Source: an uncultured Thermoprotei archaeon (GTDB lineage Archaea; Thermoproteota; Thermoprotei; Thermofilales; B15-G2). From it: 64,000 bases of DNA. The stretch covers positions 64,001 to 128,000 of the forward strand of contig CBDUKN010000003.1 of NCBI GenBank assembly GCA_965367815.1, written 5' to 3'. Positions 49,149-59,810 of this stretch are shown piece after piece. How positions within the stretch are numbered: position 1 is the stretch's first letter; each line of letters begins with the position of its first letter. The position numbers and the translations under genes were made by a program. The notes under the pieces are model-generated. The model saw only the letters and a program-made list of their open reading frames with translations. It was not told where the DNA came from and searched no databases.

Positions 49149-49937
49149 TTAAAGTTGCCAGAGTAAATCTCTGGCTCTATCTAGCATTTTGCGGGCAGCC
49201 AGTGCTTTTGCTTTAGCTTCTTTAGGATTCTTAGAGGCTATCGCCTTCTTCGCGTCGCTACACAGTTTTTCTGCTACTTCAAGTCTTCTCTTAACAGTTG
49301 AAACATTTTTGCCTTCGCTAGCTAGTATTTCTGCTTCTTCTTTGAGAGCAAGCAAGTCTGCTTCAATATTACTTAACTCCCATTCAACATCCTCTAGTTC
49401 CCGCTTAAGCTCCTCTAAACGCTCTAGCTCAATTCTTTTCTGCTCCTCAATTTTCATCCTAATATAGTTCTCAGTATCTCTAATAGTCTCGGCAAGAAGT
49501 CTAGCAAACTCTGTTTGCTCTTCAATAGAACGCTCGTATCCGTGATATGCTCCAAGAGCTCCTCCAGCAGCTGCTCCAGCAATAGTATCTACTACGGCTT
49601 CAGCGTCTCTATTCAGAAGTCCGCTGATAATTCCTCCGAGAGCTCCTCCAGTAATAGCTCCAACAACACCTTCCTTGATCTCCTTTCTTTCTCTCTCAAC
49701 AGTATAGGTTATCTTAATGTTATTTCCTTCAATAAATATTGTTAAGTGTCCTTTCTCACCAGTATGCTCAGTACTCATATCTACTCTGCTTTCAGAGCGC
49801 GATAAACCAGTTATCTGTGTACCTCTGAGAGCTAGCTCCGAAACAAGTCTTTCAGAGAACTCGGCGAAGTAAGGCGCTAATCCTTCAACAGTATATATGA
49901 AGGGCATTCTAGCACCTTCACTACTACTTAGAAACAA
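49149..49937 (-). CDS. Glycine-zipper plus coiled-coil hypothetical protein
   Basis: GVVGAITGGALGGIISG and AGAAAGGALGA hairpin followed by a long heptad region. Confidence 0.65.
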   Translation of the reverse strand: MFLSSSEGARMPFIYTVEGLAPYFAEFSERLVSELALRGTQITGLSRSESRVDMSTEHTGEKGHLTIFIEGNNIKITYTVERERKEIKEGVVGAITGGALGGIISGLLNRDAEAVVDTIAGAAAGGALGAYHGYERSIEEQTEFARLLAETIRDTENYIRMKIEEQKRIELERLEELKRELEDVEWELSNIEADLLALKEEAEILASEGKNVSTVKRRLEVAEKLCSDAKKAIASKNPKEAKAKALAARKMLDRARDLLWQL

Positions 49938-50206
49938 TCACTATTTATTTTTTATTTATTTTTTATCTATGATAAGTATATGTTGTCTAATATATTCTCT
50001 AGTACTCTAACATAGTATTTTCTAGTTAATGGGAATAAAGAATTTGTTTAAGTAAATACATTTAAAGCAATAGAAAGTAGTTACAAGAAGTAGCTAGTAT
50101 AGCAAATCTTAAACTTAAATTCTAAATAAATGCACTTAATTCTAAGAAAATACCAGTAAACGATACATACATTCACTTTATTTAAAGCAAACTCAAAGAA
50201 TACTTC

Positions 50207-52258
50207 GTGAAGAAAAAGCTGGCTATCGTTTTATTCTCATTAATTGCACTAGCTTTATGTGCAATATACTTTACTCAACAATATTTTCTCCCGAGGAAAG
50301 AGCATAAAGTAACTATAATCAGGGATATCTACGGTATACCGCACATCTACGGCGAGACAGACGCCGACGTAATGTTTGGATTCGGCTACGCTCAAGCAGA
50401 AGACCACTTGCTGGACATGATATTCAATTACCTTACTGCTACAGGCAGACTCTCCGAATTCTACGGCAAGAAGTATCTGAAAAGCGATTTCATTGTACAC
50501 TTATTTGGTGTCCCCGAGGCGGCTTCAAAGTACCGTGAGCAGCTTTCAGGCGAAGTAATAGAGCTAATTGAAGCATTTTACTGCGGAGTAAACAAGTATA
50601 TTGAAGAGCACTTAAACGAGCTTCCAGCCGAACTACAGTCCTACAGAGTTACTGTAAAAGATGTAGTAGCTTGGTGCTACTATATCCAGCTTTCGAGGCC
50701 ATTGGGAGACGCTTTCAAAGAGCTTAATGTAAGCATAGGTTATAAGATTCCATTAGTCGCCGACTACTCTAATGAGTGTGCTTTAGCTCCCTGGAAAACA
50801 GCAGTTAACGCAACAATGCTGCTAGGAGACCCTCATCTGCCTTGGTACGGTATGAACAGGTGGTATGAAGCACATCTCATTGGAGACAAGCTCAATGTCT
50901 ATGGAGCAACTTTCTACGGAGTACCCTTCATAATAATAGGTTTTAACGATAAAATAGCATGGACTTTCACAAGAAACAGTGTAGACCTCGCAGACATTTT
51001 CATAGAAAAACTCAATCCAAGTGATCCCCGAAAATACTTAATTGGAAATAAGTGGCTTGAACTTAAAGAAAAAATTATTGAAATAAGAGTAAAAACTAGC
51101 AGCGGATACGAGTACTATAAGCAGAAAGTCTATTACTCAATACACGGACCAGTAGTCCACGTAGACTTAGAGAGACTTAAAGCATACAGCGTAGCACTAG
51201 AAGGAATAGAAGTACTAACTTTCATAGAGCAGCTCTACCGAATGAATACTGCGAGAAACCTAAAAGAATTCATCAGCGCTCTAAAGCTCAGAGGAGTTCT
51301 TCTATGGAATATTCTCTACGCCGACGTAGAAGGCAACATCTTCTACCTATACAACGCCAGAATACACGTTAAATCAGAGAAATACCACCCAGAAAAACCT
51401 AGACCCGGGTGGCTTGAGGATGCTCAGTGGGGCGAAACATACCCCTTCGAGAAACTACCCTCAATACTCAACCCTAAGTCAGGCTTTATTCAAAATAATA
51501 ACGTCGCGCCGTGGAATACTACAGTAGACCACGGACTAAATCCAGCAGACTACCCTGTCTACCTAGTTGAAGGAAGAGGAACTAATGATAGAGGTATAAG
51601 AGCATTCAATGTACTCAAAGAAGCACGCAACTTCACAGTAGAAGACGCGCTAGCTTTAGCGACAGACACTTATCTAATTAGAGCAGAAAAATACATACCG
51701 CTAATACTTGAAGCAGCTAAAAACAAGAGTCTTTCAGGAGAATTAAAGAAGGCAGTAGAGCTTCTCGGAGAATGGGACTACAGAGCAGACGCTAATTCAA
51801 CAGCCATAACTATTTTCTACTACTGGTGGAAGTACTACACTAAAACCGGCGACATTTGGGAGAGCTTGGTGAAAGCCGTAGACTTTATTAAAAGAAATTA
51901 TGGTCGAATTGAAGTAAAGTGGGGTGAGGTACACGTAATAGAGAGAGGAGGTGTGAGACTGCCTTTATCAGGTGGAACAAAAGGCTTGCCGGCACTATGG
52001 ATGGCTACGGGGCCCGTGAAAAACAACATTATGGTATGTAACAGCGGGTCGTCTTTTACAATGCTAGTAGTATTGAAGAAAAATAATGTTACGGCATATA
52101 CGCTCATACCCTATGGCGAAAGCGAGGATCCTTCATCAAAGCACTACATGGACCAAATGTTCCTTAAAAGCAGATCAAAGCTCAAGAAAGTATTCTTTTA
52201 CTATAATGAAGTAGTGAAGTATTCAGAGAGAACAACAGTACTTTACTTTAAGAGCTAG
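50207..52258 (+). CDS. Penicillin acylase family (S45) Ntn hydrolase, N-terminally anchored
   Basis: IIRDIYGIPHIYG, FGFGYAQAED, beta-chain start SNECALAP, GDPHL, NILYADVEGNI, HYMDQ. Confidence 0.9.
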   Translation: MKKKLAIVLFSLIALALCAIYFTQQYFLPRKEHKVTIIRDIYGIPHIYGETDADVMFGFGYAQAEDHLLDMIFNYLTATGRLSEFYGKKYLKSDFIVHLFGVPEAASKYREQLSGEVIELIEAFYCGVNKYIEEHLNELPAELQSYRVTVKDVVAWCYYIQLSRPLGDAFKELNVSIGYKIPLVADYSNECALAPWKTAVNATMLLGDPHLPWYGMNRWYEAHLIGDKLNVYGATFYGVPFIIIGFNDKIAWTFTRNSVDLADIFIEKLNPSDPRKYLIGNKWLELKEKIIEIRVKTSSGYEYYKQKVYYSIHGPVVHVDLERLKAYSVALEGIEVLTFIEQLYRMNTARNLKEFISALKLRGVLLWNILYADVEGNIFYLYNARIHVKSEKYHPEKPRPGWLEDAQWGETYPFEKLPSILNPKSGFIQNNNVAPWNTTVDHGLNPADYPVYLVEGRGTNDRGIRAFNVLKEARNFTVEDALALATDTYLIRAEKYIPLILEAAKNKSLSGELKKAVELLGEWDYRADANSTAITIFYYWWKYYTKTGDIWESLVKAVDFIKRNYGRIEVKWGEVHVIERGGVRLPLSGGTKGLPALWMATGPVKNNIMVCNSGSSFTMLVVLKKNNVTAYTLIPYGESEDPSSKHYMDQMFLKSRSKLKKVFFYYNEVVKYSERTTVLYFKS

Positions 52259-52338
52259 CGCAGGAGTAGAGATTTCTTTGATACCTAGAAATACTTGATA
52301 CATAGAAAAGTTAATATTTATGAATTTCGGTAGGGTGA

Positions 52339-55300
52339 TTGATGTTAAACAAGAGTAAAGCGACTTCTTTACTTCTAGCAACTCTACTTGTATTCGGCTT
52401 CTATTACGCTGAAGCTGTTCTCTCTCAGCCCAACATACTTAAGCTCCTCGCTGGATCCTGGAGAGCAACTAAAGCTGGCTGGATAATAGTTCACATAGAA
52501 GGAGACCCCTACAGAAGAGGTTTCCAGCACGGCTACTGGCTGGCAGACGAAATAGTAGAGTCTATTGGCGCACTCAAGCTATACCTTCAACACTACCACG
52601 GTATTTCCTGGAAACAGGCAGTAAATCTCTCGGTTAGCTTAATGTGGTCTAAAGTCCCTGCAGAGCTTCAGAGCGAAATCTTCGGCATAGCAGATGGAGT
52701 AAGAATAAGAGGCTACGATATTACTTGGAAAGATATTTTTACAAGCAATGCTTTCATGGACCTCGAAAGCTACCTTAATTCAAGGCGCCTCAGTAGTACT
52801 TCACACTACTTGTTCCTAGAGCTCCACTCAAGGTGCTCCGGCTTCATAGCCACGGGAAGCGCTACTAAAGACGGAGGAATAGTAGTAGCCCACAATACTT
52901 GGTTTGCGTACTTCGTAGCCAGGTACTTCAATGTATTCATACACATTAAGCCCGATAAAGGCTACGAAATCTTCATGCAGAGCTTTCCCGGCTACATGTG
53001 GAGCGGCACAGACTGGTACATAACTAGTGCAGGGCTAGTTATATCTGAGACAACTATCTCTATGTCGCTTTTCAATGAGTCAGGAATACCTGTATTCGTT
53101 AGAGCGAGAATGGCCGCCCAGTACGCGTCCAGTATAGACGAGTGGGTAAACATAATGCTCACAGGAAACAACGGAGCATACTCCAATAGATGGTACCTCG
53201 GAGACATCAAAACAGGTGAAATAGCTGTAGTAGAAATAGGGCTCTCAACTTATGCAATCAACAGAACCAAAAACGGGTACTTCGTTTCAACAAACATGGC
53301 TGTCAACCCGAAAGTAGCACAGGAGACAAGAAGTCTCTGCAGAAGCCTCGTCTGCAGCGGGTACGCCAGGTACGTGCGCCTTAATCAGCTTTTTGAAGAA
53401 TACTACGGTAAAATAGACCTTGAGCTAGCTAAGAAGTTTATTTCAGACGACTACGACGTCTACCTTCAGAAAAAGACTCCTACTCATCGAACAGTAAGCA
53501 TGTGCGGTGAAGTAATTGGAACTCCGTGGGGAGCAGTAGACGCGAAAGTAGCAGACTCTAGTTTAATTAAGAAGCTTCAAACACTAGCTATTTGGGGTCA
53601 CCCGAACAAAATGGCTTTCGATGCTGAAGATTTTCTCAAAAAGAACCCCAAGTGGAGCTGGCAGAAAGACTACTTAGTAGATTTCCCATCTAATGAGTGG
53701 GTTCTTCTCGAGCCTTCACCTAAAGTAGGCAATTTAGCTGAACTCGAAATAGGAGTAGAGAAAGCTAAAGAGTACTTGTCAAAAGCAGTAAGTGAACTAG
53801 CTACACTGAGATCAGTAGGCATTTACTTAAAGAGACTCGAAGACCAGGCTAGCTACGCCGCCAGCTTACTTGATGAAGCGCGGAATTTAAGCGAAATAGG
53901 CGACATGTACTCTTCAGTTGTTCTTTCCCTTAGAGTAATAGCTATCTCTAAAACAATTACTAAGATGTGTGAAGTACTGGAAACGCAAGCAATATCTTCT
54001 TTGCCTCTGTACACATTTCTAGCAGCAATACCTATTGTTTCCCTACCGAAAGTACTTGTAGAAGAAAAAGCTAGTAGAAAAACAAGAATAGCAGTAGCTG
54101 CAGTTCTCACAATAATAATATTTTTGCTACATCCTGGAGCTCTGCTAGCCTTAAAGAAAACAGAGTACAGTGTATTCTATGACTCCCTGCTATGGTTTAT
54201 TTTCGCTGCAGTATTCTTCTACACGCTAGTAGAGCTACTTCCATCTAAAGCTCCAGAAAAACCCAATCCAAGTGGATTCCAGCTACTATCAGCTTTCTTC
54301 GCGTACCTAAATATGAGCTTCCGGAACTTCAGAAAACGCAAACTCCGCTTCTTCTTAACGCTCACTACAATAGTTCTAGCTCTATCAGGTATACTGGCTT
54401 TTACTTCAACTGAAGTAAGCCCGGGCCCAATGCTACTAGAAAGTATGCCGAGCGGTACTTGTGAAAACTTTATTGTAGTTAGGGGAAGAAGCTACCGGCC
54501 AGTACCTTCAAGTATACTCGACTTAACTAAAGACCTTCCGCACACGGAAATAAGGTACGGCACCGGAATATCTTCGTACTACAGAGCTAGAGTCTACTTG
54601 CCTAAAGGAAGAGTATGGTTCTACGGAATACTAGCTGTTGAAGACAAGTACACTTCCAGTATGCTGAAGAAATATATTGTTGAGGGAAGACTGCCGGAGA
54701 ACTCGGGTGAAATAGCACTACCTTCATATACTAAAAACTATGGAGCAAAGCTAGGCTCTAAGATAACAGTATACATTGGAGGCGCGGGCTGGTATAAGCT
54801 CACAATAGTAGGCTTCTTCAGCAATAAGATAAACGAAATAAAAGATGTCGACTTAAAGTCGCCGCTACCCTACTACATTGAAACAATATATACTGAAGGA
54901 GGAACAATTTACAGAACTAGGCCAGTCGACGGAGACCGCTTAATAATAGTATCCAGCAAAGACGTCGGCAGATTCAATTTAAGAATACTGTCAGTGCTCA
55001 TACCGACGACTTCTATGGAAGACAGCTACAGGCTAATGAAAATTATACTAGACTCTGTACCCGACGTCGCAGTATACGTTGTCGGCGGAGGCTGGGTCAA
55101 AGGCTTCGTTAAAGCGGAAGTAATGAAGCTTAGAGGAGGAGAAGCAATAGTACTGCTAATCTTCGCGGGCTTAATGATGTTCGCCACAATGTCTGCGTCG
55201 CTGTACGAGAGGCTAGATGAGCTCAGAACAATGTCTGTTCTAGGGCTATCTCCGACACAGCTCCAAGTACTAGGCCTCACAGAAGACTTTATCTACGCCC

Positions 55301-55941
55301 TCCTCACAACACCTTTCTCCTTCATAGTAGGAATGTTTCTCAGCACTACTGCAGCCTACATGGGCGTAGAAGTATTAGCCTACAAGTTCTCCGCAACGTC
55401 GGCAGCAATGGTCTTCTTCTTCTCCTTCGTAATATGTGTTCTAGCATCCTATCCCGCTATCAGAAAAGCCTCTGTAGCAGCCACACCTTCACTTGAGCTG
55501 AAGTGGAAGCTCGAAGCAAAGAAAGTCAAAGGCTACAGAGGCCTACCGCTCTTCATAATAAATGTCCCCATAAGGTTCCCTGAAAAAGAAATAGACGAGG
55601 TTCTGAAAAATGTCGTCTCATACTTCAAGAGAGCTTTTAGCGAATATGGTGTTTTCGAGAGAGTAGACAATATAAGCTACGAAAAGAAGCCTGACGAAAG
55701 AGTGCTCAAATTCAGGTACATGAGAATGAGCGAAAGAGACTTCGAAGTAGAAATCAAAGTAGTGGCCAAGAAAATACTAGAGGAAGACAGACCATACTAC
55801 AAAATGACAATATACCTTCAGCAGCTCGGCGCAGGAGCAGGCTACCGCGAATTCAACTACAGAGTGCTCTCAATGGTAAGAGAAGTGCTCCTTAAAAGTA
55901 GAGTACTGAGTTCTAAAGGCTACAAGCTTTTCAGAGACTAG
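52339..55941 (+). CDS. Fusion of a C45/phospholipase-B-like Ntn hydrolase and an FtsX/MacB-type permease
   Basis: GDPYRRGFQHG, RCSGFIATG (Cys nucleophile), AHNTW, GLVISETT, NNGAYSN; then RNFRKRKLRFFLT and YERLDELRTMSVLGLSP. Confidence 0.8.
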   Translation: MMLNKSKATSLLLATLLVFGFYYAEAVLSQPNILKLLAGSWRATKAGWIIVHIEGDPYRRGFQHGYWLADEIVESIGALKLYLQHYHGISWKQAVNLSVSLMWSKVPAELQSEIFGIADGVRIRGYDITWKDIFTSNAFMDLESYLNSRRLSSTSHYLFLELHSRCSGFIATGSATKDGGIVVAHNTWFAYFVARYFNVFIHIKPDKGYEIFMQSFPGYMWSGTDWYITSAGLVISETTISMSLFNESGIPVFVRARMAAQYASSIDEWVNIMLTGNNGAYSNRWYLGDIKTGEIAVVEIGLSTYAINRTKNGYFVSTNMAVNPKVAQETRSLCRSLVCSGYARYVRLNQLFEEYYGKIDLELAKKFISDDYDVYLQKKTPTHRTVSMCGEVIGTPWGAVDAKVADSSLIKKLQTLAIWGHPNKMAFDAEDFLKKNPKWSWQKDYLVDFPSNEWVLLEPSPKVGNLAELEIGVEKAKEYLSKAVSELATLRSVGIYLKRLEDQASYAASLLDEARNLSEIGDMYSSVVLSLRVIAISKTITKMCEVLETQAISSLPLYTFLAAIPIVSLPKVLVEEKASRKTRIAVAAVLTIIIFLLHPGALLALKKTEYSVFYDSLLWFIFAAVFFYTLVELLPSKAPEKPNPSGFQLLSAFFAYLNMSFRNFRKRKLRFFLTLTTIVLALSGILAFTSTEVSPGPMLLESMPSGTCENFIVVRGRSYRPVPSSILDLTKDLPHTEIRYGTGISSYYRARVYLPKGRVWFYGILAVEDKYTSSMLKKYIVEGRLPENSGEIALPSYTKNYGAKLGSKITVYIGGAGWYKLTIVGFFSNKINEIKDVDLKSPLPYYIETIYTEGGTIYRTRPVDGDRLIIVSSKDVGRFNLRILSVLIPTTSMEDSYRLMKIILDSVPDVAVYVVGGGWVKGFVKAEVMKLRGGEAIVLLIFAGLMMFATMSASLYERLDELRTMSVLGLSPTQLQVLGLTEDFIYALLTTPFSFIVGMFLSTTAAYMGVEVLAYKFSATSAAMVFFFSFVICVLASYPAIRKASVAATPSLELKWKLEAKKVKGYRGLPLFIINVPIRFPEKEIDEVLKNVVSYFKRAFSEYGVFERVDNISYEKKPDERVLKFRYMRMSERDFEVEIKVVAKKILEEDRPYYKMTIYLQQLGAGAGYREFNYRVLSMVREVLLKSRVLSSKGYKLFRD

Positions 55942-55976
55942 AAGATTAATTTAAGACAGCTGTTTTTAATTACTCG

Positions 55977-57890
55977 ATGAATAAAACCAAGTATTTATAT
56001 ACACTAGTAGCTTTACTGGCATTGAGTATATTTCTAAACGCCTTCTTAGCTGCACAGCCCATACCAAAGCTATTTTTCTGCAGAAGCAAGTCGTCGTTTT
56101 TAACACTAGTACCTGTTTCAGCGGCTACAGATACGCTCTTAATTCTGAGCGCCAACAGCTCTGAGGAAGCAGTACTCATAGCTAACTTCAAGAAGTACTA
56201 CAGCGCTGAAGTAGTCGAAGCACCAGAAAATCCCCTTAAAATAGCTTTCTCGACATTAGGCACAAGTACAATAATTTTCGCTAACGTCAGCTCTCTGAAA
56301 AGCGTTCTCTACGGAGCATACTTAGCTGGAATACTCAAAAAACCTGTAGTTTTCTGCCGCGAATACAGAGTATTCAGCCAGTACTTAGCTCAGTACTCTC
56401 CCAAGAAAATATACCTAGTAGAGCTCTCTTGGAAAACAAGTGTAGAAGCGGTCTACTTCAAGAAAAGCGAAGCCGTAGTAGACTATGTCCTAAAAGAAAA
56501 CCTCGCTAGAAAATTCATTGTCGTAACTAATCTAGGAGACGAGTACGCTGTAGTAGCCCCGTACTACGCTGCAATTAAAAAAGCAGTACTCTATGTATCA
56601 AGCGACGTCACTAAAGACGAGAAGCTAGTAGAGCTCATTAAGAGAGTAGAACCAGAGTACGTAGTATACATTGCTTCCCTAAAGTACCTTAAGGGAGAAA
56701 AATATAGCACTATCAAAGACATCTACGGAGCATGCCTCAAAGGATTCGACAAAGACTACTTAATTCCAGCAGTATCTCTTCTCTCAGGAATAAGCATATT
56801 CGATGTCACTATGCTTATTGCTAAAGCAAAACTATACAACTTAGCTAAAGGAGACTGGAAGCATAGAGTAGCTCAAATCTACATGTATAACTCGTGGCCA
56901 ATAGCAGTAAAGATGGCCTGGCTTCTCAAAATGTGCAATTACAGCGTAGTGTGGGTGTCATCAAACTTTAAGGGAACAAACTTGACTGCTGCAGACGTAA
57001 GCAAAGTGCTTAGAGAAAGCGGAGTACTAACTTACATAAACTTACATGGATCCCCTTACTCTATGGCTCCTACGACAGCAGGTCCCTCAGTCATAACTCC
57101 TCGCACACTACCGCTTCTTCCTCCGACAGTAGTCTTCACTCTATCGTGTAGCACATGCGACTTCCAAGAACTGATCAGTGCCGAAAAAAGCATAGCTTTT
57201 AGCTTCATTAGAATGGGGGCATTAGCCTACATAGGCTCACTTTACGTCGAGCTCGGAGGAGCAGAAACAAGTACAGCTCACCCAGAGCTACTGCTCATAA
57301 GTATTCTCAAGGGAAAAACTCTAGGAGAAGCAGTAAAATACGTGCTAAATCTCCACATAGGAGAGAGGAAGGAAAAAGATATTGCAGCTAGAATACACGC
57401 AGTACTCATAGGAGACCCCGAGCTAAAAACATTCCCCAACGTAAATCTCTCCCTCTACAAGTTTAGAGTACTAGAAAAGAACAGGAAATTCGAAATAGTT
57501 CTAACTAAATCGACTACAGTAGTCTTCATAGACGAAATTGTCGTCAACGCTAAGAAAGAAGACATTAAGAAAATAGATATTCAGGGGCAGAGCGTACTCA
57601 GGTGGATTGTATACGAAGAGAAAGGTAGTAAAACAAGAATATTGGTATTCTTGTCTAGAGCTTTCTCAGAAATGGGCAATATTGTTGCTGGCGAGAAATT
57701 CATTATAACGATATATTATAAGAACCCTATGGCCCAGTACATGATAGTCTTAATAATTCTCCTAGTAGCATTATTTATAGCTGCAATAATACTAAAAGAA
57801 AGAATGAAAGCCAAGAAAACTCGAACGCGTTCAGTAGAGACCGGGCTGGATCGCTTGCCATGCGAAGGTGATACCAGTGCCCAGCGCTAG
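55977..57890 (+). CDS. C25 (gingipain-like, clan CD) peptidase, membrane-anchored
   Basis: YINLHGS (His), TLSCST (Cys), GALAYIG, TLGEA, LIGDP; signal peptide and C-terminal TM. Confidence 0.75.
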   Translation: MNKTKYLYTLVALLALSIFLNAFLAAQPIPKLFFCRSKSSFLTLVPVSAATDTLLILSANSSEEAVLIANFKKYYSAEVVEAPENPLKIAFSTLGTSTIIFANVSSLKSVLYGAYLAGILKKPVVFCREYRVFSQYLAQYSPKKIYLVELSWKTSVEAVYFKKSEAVVDYVLKENLARKFIVVTNLGDEYAVVAPYYAAIKKAVLYVSSDVTKDEKLVELIKRVEPEYVVYIASLKYLKGEKYSTIKDIYGACLKGFDKDYLIPAVSLLSGISIFDVTMLIAKAKLYNLAKGDWKHRVAQIYMYNSWPIAVKMAWLLKMCNYSVVWVSSNFKGTNLTAADVSKVLRESGVLTYINLHGSPYSMAPTTAGPSVITPRTLPLLPPTVVFTLSCSTCDFQELISAEKSIAFSFIRMGALAYIGSLYVELGGAETSTAHPELLLISILKGKTLGEAVKYVLNLHIGERKEKDIAARIHAVLIGDPELKTFPNVNLSLYKFRVLEKNRKFEIVLTKSTTVVFIDEIVVNAKKEDIKKIDIQGQSVLRWIVYEEKGSKTRILVFLSRAFSEMGNIVAGEKFIITIYYKNPMAQYMIVLIILLVALFIAAIILKERMKAKKTRTRSVETGLDRLPCEGDTSAQR

Positions 57891-59753
57891 AGCTAGGCTT
57901 CCTCCAGCCCAGATTCCTGCAACTATGCTCAATAGGTAGTTTCTGGTCCACTCGTCTCCTTTTTTCCTCCTGATTATTTCTTTAATTATCCAGCCTATAA
58001 ACGGCGAAGTAACTGAGCTCGGTAGAGCGCCTATACCCCAAGCTAAACCTATAGTAGACAGTACAGATGAAAGGAATGGCACTAGTTCCCACACTACTCC
58101 GAAAATGAATCCTGCTATTAGCCAGTCTGGCCTAATGTAAGTGAATTTCTTTGTAATGAACATTACTAGCATCGCGGCGTCAGGGTAGAATGTTGGTGCT
58201 GGAAGTATACGTGAGGGGATGTCGTAGAGGTGCCAGAAGAGGTAGCCGAAGAACAGTCCGCTGATGCTAGCCATTATTCCTCCGATGACGTGTGCCTTGA
58301 TAATGCTCATAGGCTTTGTTCTAGTGAGCTCAGCTGCCTTGAAGCCTATGCAGATTAATCCAGGGTCGCCTGTTACACCTGGACCTCCTAGGAACGGCAG
58401 GAACCATCCTTCTACACCGTTGTAGAAGGCTATTAGTAGGGCTTGCTGAGCATACGGAATTGTTATACCTGAACCCATTAAGCCCGCGAAACGCCCAGCG
58501 CTCAGCGAGTTTACTAGTGCTAGACCTATTGTAATAGTCGGTATAAGCCATACTGGGAGATTGTCGTCGGGGTAGAACGTTATATCTACTATGTAGCTTA
58601 GTATACAGAGTCCAAGCGAGCCTATAAGCCACACTATTATACACTTCTTAGCAGACCATATTCCAAGCTCGCTTTCCTGCTCTTTGCTCAGCGAGAAAAT
58701 ACTCATTATTCCTTTAACAACGCCCTTAATGTTCTTGACGAAGGGCACTATTGCTGCAGCAACAGTTATTCCAATACTAATGCTTAGCCAGAAGTGGAGC
58801 ATTGTCTCCATCCACACGCCTGTTAGACCAGGCCCCATCATCGGTGTACCTGGCTTCCACTTGTAGAGCCCTAGTCTCACTAGGATATTGTTTCCAAAAA
58901 TCATTGTAGCTACGTAGCTTACTACAGCGCCGTAGATTACTGCGTCAGGTATAATCATTCCAATGCTTATAGCCAGAATATCGGCAGTAAAGCTCAGTGT
59001 TGCTCCGAAGAGAGGAGTATAGTCAAACATTGTTGTTAAGTCGATGTGTGTCGGGAAAATCTGTATTGGAACAGGGGATCCTGTAATAACCATTAGCAGA
59101 GCTGGGGCAATATAGTAGGCTGTTCCGTAGAGAAATGCTATGAATGCTGAGAGACAGAAGATTTCATATCTCTTCGACTCGCCTTCCTCGGCTGCCAGGC
59201 TTTTAGCTAGCTCGGCTGCTAGAGCACCGGTTGGGAATGGAAGTTTCTCGATTTCAATGAAGATCTGTCTCATTAGGAAGGATAAGCCTACTAAGACGAG
59301 TATGCTGAAAGGTAGGCCTATGTAGCCTAGTGTAATTGGGAGAATCCAGTCTGGGTGGAAGATTGTTCTCTGTATTAAGGCGGGCGAGTTCGCTGGAGGT
59401 ACTACGTATATAGGTATTTTGTCTGCTATGCCTGCCTGCCTAGTTATGGGAGATTTTCTCAAGAAGACGTTGTACGCTATTCCTGTTACAGCGCCTACTG
59501 CGGCGCTAGCGCCCCACCTTATTGTAGCTAGCTCGCTTTCGCTAAGGGGGCTTCTCATGAGTCTGGCGAGTTCTCCGAAAATAACCATTGTGACGTAGGC
59601 GGCGTAAATAGGGCCTACGCCTATTCCTGTCGATAAAAGAACCCAGCCGAAGGCTGGGGTCATTATTAGGCTGCTGAAAATCATTGCGAGAATAACTCTG
59701 TCAGTAAATCCTTCTCTGAGACCAGTTACGCTGGCTTCAGTCTTACCTGACAT
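57831..59753 (-). CDS. OPT-family oligopeptide transporter-like protein
   Basis: Many TM helices; GFTDRVIL, IEIEKLPFP, GFKAAELT, IVAGIWAG. Confidence 0.75.
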   Translation of the reverse strand: MSGKTEASVTGLREGFTDRVILAMIFSSLIMTPAFGWVLLSTGIGVGPIYAAYVTMVIFGELARLMRSPLSESELATIRWGASAAVGAVTGIAYNVFLRKSPITRQAGIADKIPIYVVPPANSPALIQRTIFHPDWILPITLGYIGLPFSILVLVGLSFLMRQIFIEIEKLPFPTGALAAELAKSLAAEEGESKRYEIFCLSAFIAFLYGTAYYIAPALLMVITGSPVPIQIFPTHIDLTTMFDYTPLFGATLSFTADILAISIGMIIPDAVIYGAVVSYVATMIFGNNILVRLGLYKWKPGTPMMGPGLTGVWMETMLHFWLSISIGITVAAAIVPFVKNIKGVVKGIMSIFSLSKEQESELGIWSAKKCIIVWLIGSLGLCILSYIVDITFYPDDNLPVWLIPTITIGLALVNSLSAGRFAGLMGSGITIPYAQQALLIAFYNGVEGWFLPFLGGPGVTGDPGLICIGFKAAELTRTKPMSIIKAHVIGGIMASISGLFFGYLFWHLYDIPSRILPAPTFYPDAAMLVMFITKKFTYIRPDWLIAGFIFGVVWELVPFLSSVLSTIGLAWGIGALPSSVTSPFIGWIIKEIIRRKKGDEWTRNYLLSIVAGIWAGGSLALALGTGITFAWQAIQPGLY

Positions 59754-59810
59754 TATCTCACCAGACCGAAAAAGAGTGCTTTTGAAAGTATTTAAGTTTT
59801 CCTATAAGAG

